Shown: positions 12,316-23,814 of the stretch, piece after piece
How the letters are laid out: each line of letters begins with the position of its first letter
Position numbering within the stretch: position 1 is the first letter of the stretch
Source of the DNA: Mytilus trossulus
Taxonomy: Eukaryota
NCBI RefSeq assembly: GCF_036588685.1
Contig: NC_086375.1
Coordinates: 83,266,001 to 83,330,000, forward strand
DNA: 64,000 nucleotides
Direction of reading: 5' to 3'
Notes under the pieces: generated by a model
Told to the model about the DNA's origin: nothing
Database searches by the model: none
The model's input: only the letters and a program-made list of their open reading frames with translations
Made by a program: the position numbers and the translations under genes

Positions 12316-15233
12316 TAACTTATCAAAAGCACTTTGGCCGTTGCGGATACTAACACAATTTTAATGATAAAACGCTGTATTAATAGAAACGTCGCACGAT
12401 GCTGGTGTCACCTAACGTTACACACTCGCAGACGTAAGACAAAAAAACGTTGGAATGCATGTTGTTCAGATGGCTGTAAAGGATGGATTTTTTATCCTAA
12501 GAAAGGATTTTTTCCCTTAGATAAAAGATGTAAAGCTTTAGTTTTATTAACAAATTAAAAATAAAAAAGTAACTTGAATTGAAATCATTTAATTATTATT
12601 CATTTTAATTATAAGGGCAATCGATTTTTTTATGGATAAACAATGCACTGCAAATGCATTCATTTTTGCACTCCAGAATGTTAAGGCAAAAGGACTACGG
12701 CATATCTAGCATGACAGTTCTGCACAAATATATGCAAGGGAATTAGCGGGAACAATTATTATAGCTGTTTTTTTCTATTAATTTGTATTATAGCGGATCC
12801 GACTATTATAGTCCGGAAAACACTTCAGTTCCGCGAGGAAATCTCTGCCCATCCCTTCTTTGTGAATCGGTAGAGCTTCAAAATAAAACACAAATTTTAA
12901 AGTTTTCTTTTAAAAGCAATAAAATAAAATAGCCCTGTTCCAAATCGTCTGTGAAAACCGCAATCATGACAATTAGACGGAACGTTAGAAGCATATTTTA
13001 TTAAATTACGTCAAAATCGTATGTGGGGACATTGTATCGGACATTTTAGTTTTATCTGATATCTTGTATATTAGATTTAATTTATGGGAATTTGATATCA
13101 AAATAGAGATAAATTTTTGTACTTTTATCCATTCTAAAAAAAAAATATGTAGCGAATGGCACTGTATTAAATAAACATCATGAAAACACAGAGAACGTAA
13201 CCCTACGTTTAATTTGGTTTGAAGGGGACAAAATGTCGGACATTGCTAATCAACTCGAATAAAAAGAATTTGTTTTAGAATTTCCTGATTATTGCATGAG
13301 GCGAAAGTGTGATCTTTGTACAAAATACTAGTATAAGAATTAAGGTCATAATGAATTCCTTCTGCCATGAGAGGACAATATTTTGTTTTCTTTAAATTGG
13401 AAATTTGTAAGGCTGTATTTTGTTGCAAATCTGCTATTCTCTATAACAATTTCATTTAAGATCATTGAAATTTGTTATTGCTTTAATTTTACATAAATAG
13501 CCCAGTATTTAGATTTGATTATAAACTCTACCCAGTAAACTTTGTACATTGATATGTTGTTCCCTTAATTTGAATGTAAATGATAACAAAAATATGATGT
13601 ACCAGTAATGACAATTGTAATAAAATCTGGTTTGTAAGCACTGTTTGTGAGAGATCTGATTTATAGGATGTAAATGTTAAAATAATGTTTAGATCAAGGT
13701 AAGTTGCCTCTGTCTGCAAGATGAATGGACAAATAATTACTAGTGTCCTTGTGTCTGTCCATCCATCCCATCTTGTAAACATTTTTACATCTACAATTTA
13801 TTTTCTGTTTATTTCAAAGGTTATGTCAACAGTATCTCAGATGAGTTTGAAAATCAGTGCCAATCAATTTGTGTAAAAAGAGTTTTGTCCATGGAAATAC
13901 TGTACACATGTCTGTATGGCATTCTAAGCTCTCTCACTGGGACACTGATTCCTGGATTTTTTTTTATGAAATTCAATGTCTCAATGAGTTCAGTGTTGAT
14001 CACTTATATTTGAAAGAATTATGATCCTTAAAATATTTGTGCATCTGTCTGTCCCATCTTGTTAGCGTTATAACAGTACAATTCTTGCCAAATTGTATGA
14101 AATTATATCAGAGGTTTATATTTGCAATGTCTTGGATGAGTTTGGAAATTAGTGCTGTTTAACTGTTTTTTAAGGAGTTTTGCTGCTTAAAAACAAAATT
14201 TCATTGTAAGTGCTCTCAAGCCAACCTTGTCAGATTGTAATGAAATTTATGAGATTTATATCAGCAATTATTAAGATAGAATTAAAAATCAGAACTGATC
14301 AGTTATTATGAAAGAAGTTATGCATCTTAGATTTAGAAATTATATTAAAAATTGTATGTAAAAGTAGAACTCCCTCAGAAATAATATTAGAGTTATTGCC
14401 AATGTCCATCAGTAGGGGACATTGGATCACTGTTCTTTCATTTGTACAATTGTTACTGTGATCAAATATTAAGTAAATAAAATATAAAATATTCATTCTT
14501 TTTTTTATCATTCAATGTAATAGTATTGTACATAATACAGCTCCTTTGAGCCCACTAGTATTTAAGAGCTGCCAGAGTACTCTGATTGAGACAAATAATG
14601 GATGGAAAGTGATTTTTAGTTGAAAAATAAAATCATTGGTTGGAACATAGTGGTTAATTGCCAGTCCATTAGAAATAAAAAAGCTGACATTGATAATCTC
14701 ATTGAAACAACTAAACCAGACATTATGATTGGTAATGAATCGTGGTTGCAAAAAGATATAAGTTCTACTGAGGTTTTCCCACAAGGGTACATTGCATACA
14801 GAAAAGACAGCAAAACAGACGCACATGGCGGGGTATTCATACTCATATCTGATAAATATCTCAGCTCAGAGCCACCAGATCTAAAATCTGATGACATTAG
14901 TGAACAATTGTGGGTTAAGGTTCAGATTACAGGGTCACCGGATTTATACATAGGTAGTTTTTACAAACCTCCAAATAAAACTGAGGAGGAATATTTATCA
15001 CACTTAGGAAAATCTATCTCCAGAATAAAGCGTAGTGAAAATTGTCATCTTTGGCTAGGTGGTGATTTTAACCTTGGCGGAATTGATTGGAACAACTACT
15101 CTATAAAACAGAAGGCATACAATTCAAAACAATGTCAACAACTTATAGACATATGCCAAGACAACTATTTGGAACAAGTCGTAACAAAACCAACACATTA
15201 CACAGAAACATCACAGTCCACACTTGATCTCTT

Positions 15234-16285
15234 TTTGTCGAGCCTTCGACTTTTGTCGAAAAAGCGAGACTAAGCGATCCTACATTCCGTTGTCGTCGGC
15301 GGCGGCGTCCACAAATATTCACTATGTGGTTAAAGTTTTTGAAATTTTAATAACTTTCTTAAACTATACTGGATTACTTCCAAACGTGGACAGAAGCTTG
15401 TTTAAGATCATAAGATAGTATCCAGAAGTAAATTTTGTAAAAATAAAATTCCATTTTTTCCGTATTTTACTTATAGATGGACTTAGTTTTTCTGCAGGGA
15501 AACATTATATTCACTCTGTGGTTAAAGTTTTTGAAATTTTAATAACTTTCTTAAACTATACTGGATTACTTCCAAACGTGGACAGAAGCTTGTTCATGAT
15601 CATAAGATAGTATCCAAATGTTAATTTTGTAAAAATAAAATTCCATTTTTTCTGTATTTTACTTATAAATGGACTTAGTTTTTCTGCGGGGAAACATTAC
15701 ATTCACTCTGTGGTTCAAGTTTTTAAAATTTTAATAACTTTCTTAAACTATCCTGGGTTTGTACCAAACTTAGACAGAAGCTAGTTTATGATCAAAATTA
15801 TATGCATAAGGAAATTTTGTAAAAAAATAAATCCATTTTTTCAGTACTTTACTTTTAAATGGACTCAGATTTTCTGCCAGGAGATGACATGTTCACTCTG
15901 TGGTTAAATTTAAAAAAAAAAAAAATACTTTCTTTTGCTACTTTTAATTTGTACCAAACTTAGACAGAAGCTTGTTTAAGATCATAAGCTAGTATTTAGA
16001 AGGAAATTTTGATAATATTTTGTACCTGTGTATCTGTATTTTACTTATAAATGGACTAAGTTTTCTTCCAGTTAACATTACATACAGTCTGCAGTTAAAG
16101 TTTTTAAACATTTATTAGATTCATAAACTATTCTGGATTTTTACAGAACTTGGACAGAAGCTACTTAAAATCAAAAGATAGTATCAAGAGGAATATTTTT
16201 ATTGATTTTTTTCCTCATTTTGTTGAGCCTGTGAATTTCAGCAAAAGTAGGCGAGACACTGGGTTCCGCGGAACCCTTACAAATT
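15234..16285 (+). mobile_element. HINE (second family) inserted in a T-run of the LINE endonuclease region
   Basis: 5' hairpin and GC microsatellite, about 5 tandem ~192-bp units (15318, 15510, 15702, 15892, ~16085) and a 3' palindrome GGGTTCCGCGGAACCC (16261-16276). No TSD. Removing it restores DLFFTNN. Confidence 0.85.
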
Positions 16286-18183
16286 TTTTACTAATAACAG
16301 CTCTCTAGTTAATAAAACAAGTCATTCCCGGAATTTCCGATCATGAAATTGTTTATATTGAATCCAACTTAAAACCTAGAAGAGCAAAAAAAAACACCTA
16401 GAAAAGTTTTCCTATACAAAAAAGCAAATACTGAACAAATTAAAGAAAAGCTAAATGACATACATCTGAACAATATTACAAACCTAGAAAATCTCACAAT
16501 GGACGAACTTTGGGATAATTTCAAAACAAAGGTATTTTAAAAAAACCATGGAAGAGTCAATCCCTACTAAAATGATTAATAGCACCAAACAAAAACTACC
16601 ATGGATTAATAAAGAAATTAGGTAACTGATTAGAAAAAGGAACAAATTGTTCAAAAAAATGAAAACAGACTCGCATAGTAAAATAAATAAACAGTACAGG
16701 GAAACAAAAAAACTGCTTCAGAAAGAGACAAGAAAAGCTTACTGGACATATCTTGAAAACATCATTTGTTACGACGAGAGCTTACAAACCTCGCAAAAAC
16801 AGAAAAAATTTTGGAATTATATCAGGTCCACCAAAAAAGACAATTCAGGAGTTGCACCATTAAGATCTGAAGGTATGCTGATAGACGACACAAAACAAAA
16901 AGCTGAAATACTCAATAAACAATACCACTCTGTTTTTTACACCTGAAAATGATAAAGAACAAATACCAACTCTATCCGACAACTATCCATATGTGGCAGA
17001 AATACATGTAACACCAAATGGCATAGAAAAACTTTTGAAAAATCTTGATCCATCTAAAGCTACAGGTATAGACAAAATACCAGCACGAATTCTTAAACAA
17101 TTTGCACTAGAATTTGCACCACATCTCGCTTTCATTTTTAACACATCTTTCTTGAAAGGAGATGTACCAACAGACTGGAGACAGACAAATGTGATCCCTA
17201 TTTTTAAAAAAGGCGAAAAATACCTAGCCAGTAATTACAGACCTGTCTCCCTAACCTGCATTTGCTGCAAACTGCTCGAACACATTGTTGTAAGTAACAT
17301 ACTAAAACATCTGGACACACATAACATCCTTGTGGATAATCAGCATGGCTTCAGATCAAAACGCAGCTGTGAAACACAGCTACTTACTTCAAGTCATGAA
17401 CTACTTAGTAACCTCCATAATGGTGTACAAATTGATCTTATTATTTTAGACTTTTCCAATGCATTTGACCAGGTACCTCACAAAAAGTTATTAAGGAAGA
17501 TGGATAATTATGGCATAAGGGGAAATACCTGGAATTGGGTATCAGCCTTCCTTAATAACAGAACGCAACAGGTTGCCCTTGACGGAGAGGTATCTAGTCA
17601 AATGCCTGTGGTAAGTGGGGTAAGTTTTGGGTCCACTACTTTTTCTCATCTTCATTAATGACCTACCTGCAGCAGTAACATCAAAAACACGCTTGTTTGC
17701 AGATGATTGTATCTTATACAGAAACATAACAAATCAATAAGATTGTACCATACTACAAAATGATCTAAACTGCCTAGCCAATTGGGAACAAACTTGGGGT
17801 ATGCAATTCCAACCAGAAAAATGCAACTCCCTCACTGCGACAAGATCACAGTCACCATTCAAACATGACTATGTATTAAAAGGCCACATCTTAGAATCCG
17901 TCAGCACTGCAAAATATCTCGGTATCACCCTTTCTCACAACATGTCTTGGGATACACATATAAATAATATTACTGCAAAAGCAAATAAGATCTTAGGCTT
18001 TCTAAAAAAAAGTTTGGCATACAAATCCATGGAACGTTCAAATTTAGAATACTGCTCTTAAGTTTGGTCACCTCACACCCCAAAACAAAAAAACAACATT
18101 GAAAAAGTACAAAGAAGGGCAGCACGCTATGTCACCAACAGATACCACGACACCAATAGTGTCACTTCCATGATTGACCATCT

Positions 18184-20847
18184 GGTGACATCTCATTAGT
18201 CCGACAACCATTATTCCAACAGCCCATTACTCCGACAGCCCACTATTCCGACAGCCCATTACTCCGACAGCCCATTATTCCGACAACCCATTACTCCGAC
18301 AGCCCATTATTCCGACAATGCATTTTTCTTATGTGTATTGGTACATTTTCTTTAAAAAGACCAACTCCGTTCTTTATGATATGTGTGTTTGTCCGTCTTG
18401 ATTACAATTACTTTTTCCATGCGGGATATTTGTCTCAGTATATTGGAGTTTATACACATGCTAATGGCAACTGCTCAGTCTTTACCAACGTCCCATATTC
18501 GTTTTAAGTGTAAAGGTACTTTATCTACCTTAATATTGTTGTTTGTGTGTCCACTATCAGTCTGTGCTGTTCTAGTTCGCTATTTTTTCGCATGTGTGTC
18601 TCGATCTACCTTCTTTATAAAAAAGAAGATGAGGTATGATTGCAAATAACACAACCATCCACAAGAGACCAACATGACACAGACATTAACAACTATAGGT
18701 CACCGTACGCCTTCAACAATGAGCAAAGCCCATACCGCATAGTCCACTAAAAAAGGCCCCGATATGACGATGTAAAAAAATTCAAACGAGAAAACTAAAG
18801 GCCTTATTTGTATAAAAAAATGAACGAAACACAAATATGTAACACATAAACAAACGACAACCACTGAATAACAGGCTCCTGACTTGGGACAGGCAGATAC
18901 ATAAATAATGTGGCGGTATCAAACATGATAGCGGGATCCCAACCCTCCCCTAACCTGGGACAGTGGTATAACAGTTCAACAAAAGAACAGACTATAAAAA
19001 TCAGTTGAAAAAGGCTTAACTCATCAGATGGACAATAAAACAAGTGAATGTGGCTGGGAACATGTACATCCCGACAACAAAAAGACACTAGGAACATATC
19101 TGAGAGTATTCGGAGTTATCTGAAAGCACTGTAGTTCATAGCCACTAACAACTAATAAAAAAATCATGCATCTAAGACTTTTAAACTAGATCTTCGGCTC
19201 CCCCTTTTCGCGTATCAGGGGAGTGATGTTTTCCCCACTATTAACTACATATAAAATAAATATATCGGAGTTTGATGACACTACCCGCCGTTTTTTTTCG
19301 CAGCACTTTCTCTCCTTGTATCACTCATCTGAGTTTTATTTAAATTAATTTTGTTGCAGAAATATACAGTCAACGCATTTTAATGCTCAAATAGAATGAT
19401 TGCAGTATGAAAGTCAATAACAAACTAGTAAAAAATCTAAGACAATGTGTGACATTCTTGTCCTGCTTGTGTCTTTGTCATATTGTCTAAGTTTAAAAAC
19501 TTAGTACATTATGTGATTTGTAAGAAACTTGACATTTGTTTTTCGTTTAAAGCATTTTTCAAGAAGAAGAAAAATATTTAGATATTATTGATTTTAAGAA
19601 AGGTAGGTTAAATGTTAATTCACAATCGGTGCTCTTCCATTACATTAAGAATTGGAAATGCTCGATACTAAAAAAAATCGTTTTGTACAGCTGATAAAGT
19701 TGAGGATGGGAGTTATTTTTCAATCGAATGCTCACTTCATAATAATTTGAGGGTGGAACTCTTTCACCATATTTCTAGCACATGTAAGAACTTTAAAAAG
19801 TAAGATAAATAAGACAAATTTTGTTAACACAAGAAAACATTACTATTATGGGGGAAAATGATGATTACATTCAATTTGTTAGTTCTTTTGAATTATGGAT
19901 TACATGTCTTGATACTGACTGTTATTTGATATCCATGTGTTAGTTGGGTTTTTTTTCTATTTTGTCTTGGCTCCGATTGTGACCGAGGCTTATAGGGTTA
20001 TAAAGATAATTATATCATATTAGTATTGTAATGTTTTAATGTCATGAATGTTGACCCAATCATTAGACTGCCGCTTCGAAAAAGTGGGGGTAGACTGTTT
20101 TACCTCTGTCTGTCGTATCGTCTAACCGTCCATCCGTCAGTTTGTCCGTCCGTCCCATAAATATTTTCGTTCTATCTTTTTTCATGAACTACATTACAAG
20201 GATTTCTGAAAGGTTAATTGAAGTCGGCTGTGGCGTGTGATACTTTTTCAAATTCATTACGCATAACATGTGACAGCCAAGTTGAAAACTGTCGTCACAT
20301 TTTACTCAGGAACTACAAGAAATTATTTCTGAAATTTGATTTCAATATTTATATAAGTCAGTTATACTGTGTGATGCTTTTTCAGATTCACAACTCAAAC
20401 ACTTCCTGCATGTCGACCGAAATGTTTGGGCGGGGTTGTCATCCTCGGGTTGTCATCAGTAGCTCGTATCACCAATGGTTGTTTTTGATTTATAAATGTA
20501 TGCTCTTTAAGATCCTTTAATTTGGAAAATGACATATTCTTTTCTGTTTTATTCTATATATATACAGATTTCGAATTGAATATATATAGAAAGTATTCGA
20601 ACTACCTTAGCCTCATGTTATATATACGGGATTATGTCTTAAAATATGTTATTACATATCTAAACGTAATAATACAGACAGACACATTTTATTTTCCCCT
20701 GATACCATCAGTGTCGGACTTATGGGTTGTCGGAGTTTTGGGCTGTCGGAGCAATGGGTTGTCGGACTTTTGGGTTGTCGGACTAATGGGTTGTCGGACC
20801 ATTTGGGCTGTCGGACTAATGGGCTGTCGGAATAATGGCGTGTAACC
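18184..20847. mobile_element. Non-autonomous DNA transposon with GG..CC termini and 8-bp TSD (Merlin/MULE-like), 17-bp subterminal repeats
   Basis: TSD GACCATCT at 18176-18183 and 20848-20855. Imperfect TIR GGTGACATCTCATTAGTCCGAC / GTCGGAATAATGGCGTGTAACC. CCGACAGCCCATTATT arrays are inverted at the two ends. Confidence 0.85.
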
Positions 20848-21095
20848 GACCATCTTCAATGGAAGTTACTTGAAAATCGCAGAAACATCAATCGAGTCTC
20901 TATGCTTTACAAAATCTCACACCATCTCATTGCAGTAGACCCAAACCTTTACCTTTTACCACAGCCAGTCAAAAACACCAGATTCACTAATTCATTACAA
21001 TACCAGTCAGAAGTCTACTTCGTCAATATTATCTCCCCATTACGCCAGTTCATTTTCACAATCGTAGAAATGGAAGCCATTGTTGGAATGACGCG

Positions 21096-21830
21096 CACAG
21101 GCACTTGTCTCAAAAAAAATTTCCTATATACCTTAATATAACACAAGTTACTTAACTATTTTTTTTGAAAAATGATACTCAGTCCCGAATTCCCGTTATT
21201 TTTTTATTTCTCGGTTGTCAAACCTACTTAATCTTAATATGCCGCAGGGGCGGATGCAGGAATTTTCCAAAGGGGGGGGGGGGGGTGCTATCCCAGGGCA
21301 AAGGGGGGGTGCAAAACATATGTCCCGATACAAATGCATTGATCGGCCAAAATAAAGGGGGGGTGCGAACCCCCGGAACCCCCCCTCTGGATCCGCCACT
21401 GTGCCGTAAATCTAAATTGATTTATCTACACAATGGTATATGAAACGACTATCATTGTTGTCGGGATCATTAGTAGCAGGCCTCAGAAGTCGGTCAACGG
21501 GATGTTTTTTTGCATTCGTCTCAAACTTTGGCAACACCCAGTCCGCATGAAATTTTATACTGGTTTTTCATTGGTCAATCGTCTGGCTAAAAATAAATGT
21601 GGGAAATTTTGGTCAATTTATAACTCTACATTAGTGTCGTTGTGTACACGTGGGTTTCATAACAAACTTATTTGGGTTTGTTTCACATAATCTGTAAAGA
21701 ATTTACAATAAAGATAATAATTCATAGTCAGAGGGAAGCTGACAGTATTTATTTTAATATTTTTTTTATAATAAATCAATCACTGCGGGCTGGGTGTTGC
21801 CAAAGTTTGAGACGAATGCAAAAAAAAAAC
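21096..21830 (+). mobile_element. Truncated, internally inverted copy of the CACAGG-TIR family
   Basis: Matches 4424-4710. Segment 21720-21830 is the reverse complement of 4665-4772. Confidence 0.7.
21245..21401. mobile_element. GC-rich CAGGGGCGGAT MITE
   Basis: TIR CAGGGGCGGAT / ATCCGCCACTG with duplicated TGCCG. The empty site TATGCCGTAAATC is at 4561. A related copy lies at about 37625-37770. Confidence 0.8.
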
Positions 21831-22915
21831 ATCAGTTTCTTGTGTACAATTTGGAAATTAGTATGGCGTTCATTATCACTGAACTAGTATATATTTGTTT
21901 AGGGGCAAGCTGAAGGACGCCTCCGGGTGCGGGAATTTCTCGCTACATTGAAGACCTGTTGGTGACCTTCTGTTGTTGTTTTTTTATTTGGTCGGGTTGT
22001 TGTCTCTTTGACACATTCCCCATTTCCATTCTCAATTTTATACAGTAGTCTTTTTTCGCCTTCTCTGATAGCTTATAGAGAGTTCGATTCTTTTGTTCTA
22101 TTTCAACCTGGTTTCCGACTGATACCAAACATTTAGCACAAGAACAGACTACTTCAAGTACAGCTTTTTTCTATTCACAGTTCTGTACTGTGGAACACAC
22201 TCCCACAAAACATCATCAGTGTTAACTCTATGGCAAGCCAAAGTGGACAAAAAGAGCTATTTTCTAATATTAAAAAATCATTTTCTAATATTAGAAAATC
22301 ATTTTCTAATATTAGAAAATCATTTTTTAATATTAGAAAATCATTTTCTAATATTAGAAATTCATTTTTTAATATTAGAAAATCATTTTCTAATATTAAA
22401 AAATAAGGTACTTTTTAATATTAGAAAATGATTTTTTATGGGGGGGGGGGGGGGGGGGGGCTATCGTTTTTTTTTTGGAAAAAAAGTTAGTTTCCAGTTT
22501 TTGGAGAAAAAAATAATTTGTTTTCCATTCTGAGAAAAAAAAATGTTTGTTTCACCCTCAGCTGCCACTACATGTTATACTAAAATTGAAAGAAAAAAAA
22601 TGTTTTCTGGGAGGCGAAAAAAGACTACTGTATAGTTTACTATAGTGACATATTTTTTAAAAGTTAATAGAAACAAACAAAATTGCAATTTTCTTCTCAA
22701 TTACGAGGTGTTATATTTTAAAAGCATAAGTTTTCAATTTATCTAGTACATACTTGTCGTGAAAAAAAATTAGATTGTTTTTCACCGCAGGCGAAAAAAA
22801 AAATTGTCCAGAAAAAAAACCACATAGCCCCCTCCCAGAAAATCAAATGGTTGCTGCCTTAGATATCTAAATATACTGACTCTGGATCAGTATTTCAAAC
22901 TAATCCGGGGAGTTA

Positions 22916-23814
22916 TATGGCAAGCCAAAGTGGACAAAAAGAGCTATTTTCTAATATTAGAAAATCATTTTCTAATATTAAAAAAGAAAAGTCTAGTTAT
23001 TAATATTAGAAAATGATTTTCTAATATTAGAAAATGATTTCTTAATATTAGAAAATGCTTTTTTAATATTAAAAAATCATTTCTTAATATTAGAAAATCC
23101 TTTTTTAATATTAGAAAATCCTTTTCTAATATTAGAAAATCCTTTTCTAATATTTGAAAATCCTTTTCTAATATTAGAAAATCCTTTTCTTATATTAGAA
23201 AATCCTTTTCTAATATTAGAAAATCATTTTCTTATATTAGAAAATACTTTTTTAATATTAGAAATTCATTTTCTAATATTAGAAAATCAAAAGTAATTTC
23301 TTATATTAGAAATTCATTTTCTAATATTAATAAATCATTTTCTAATACTAAAAAATCATTTTCTAATATTAGAAAATCATTTTCTAATATAAGAAAATCA
23401 TTTTCTAATATTAGAAAATCATTTTATAATATTAGAAAATCATTTTTTAATATTAGAAAATCATTTTCTAATATTAAAAAATAAGGTACTTTTTAATATT
23501 AGAAAAGGATTTTCTAATATTAAAAAATGGTTTTCTAATATTAAAAAAGGATTTTCTAATATTAAAAAAGGATTTTCTAATATTAAGAAATGATTTTTTA
23601 ATATTAAAAAATCATTTTCTAATATTAAAAAGTACCTTATTTTTTAATATTAGAAAATGATTTTCTAATATTAAAAAATGAATTTCTAATATTAGAAAAT
23701 GATTTTCTAATATTAAAAAATGATTTTCTAATATTAGAAAATGATTTTCTAATATTAGAAAATGATTTTTTAATATTAGAAAATAGCTCTTTTTGTCCAC
23801 TTTGGCTTGCCATA
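22916..23814. mobile_element. Intact non-autonomous TIR element (TAT...ATA termini, 6-bp TSD; IS3EU-like) made of 21-bp quasi-palindromic repeats
   Basis: TIR TATGGCAAGCCAAAGTGGACAAAAAGAGCTATTTT. TSD GAGTTA at 22910-22915 and 23815-23820. Internal unit (TTTTCTAATATTAGAAAATCA)n. Confidence 0.9.

Larger units (their letters stand above)
14645..21010 (+). pseudogene. 5'-truncated non-LTR retrotransposon ORF2 (APE endonuclease + RT; CR1/L2/RTE-X-like), frameshifted and split by two insertions
   Basis: APE motifs VNCQS, GNESWL, LWLGGDFN, TLDLF|FTN. RT motifs YRPVSLT, NQHGFR, LDFSNAFD, LFADD, VQRRAARYV. The frame resumes after 16285 and after 20855. Confidence 0.9.

Noticed and set aside
13690-14430. 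Old HINE-like remnant
   Set aside because: Faint GTCC microsatellite and tandem similarity, too degenerate to set boundaries.
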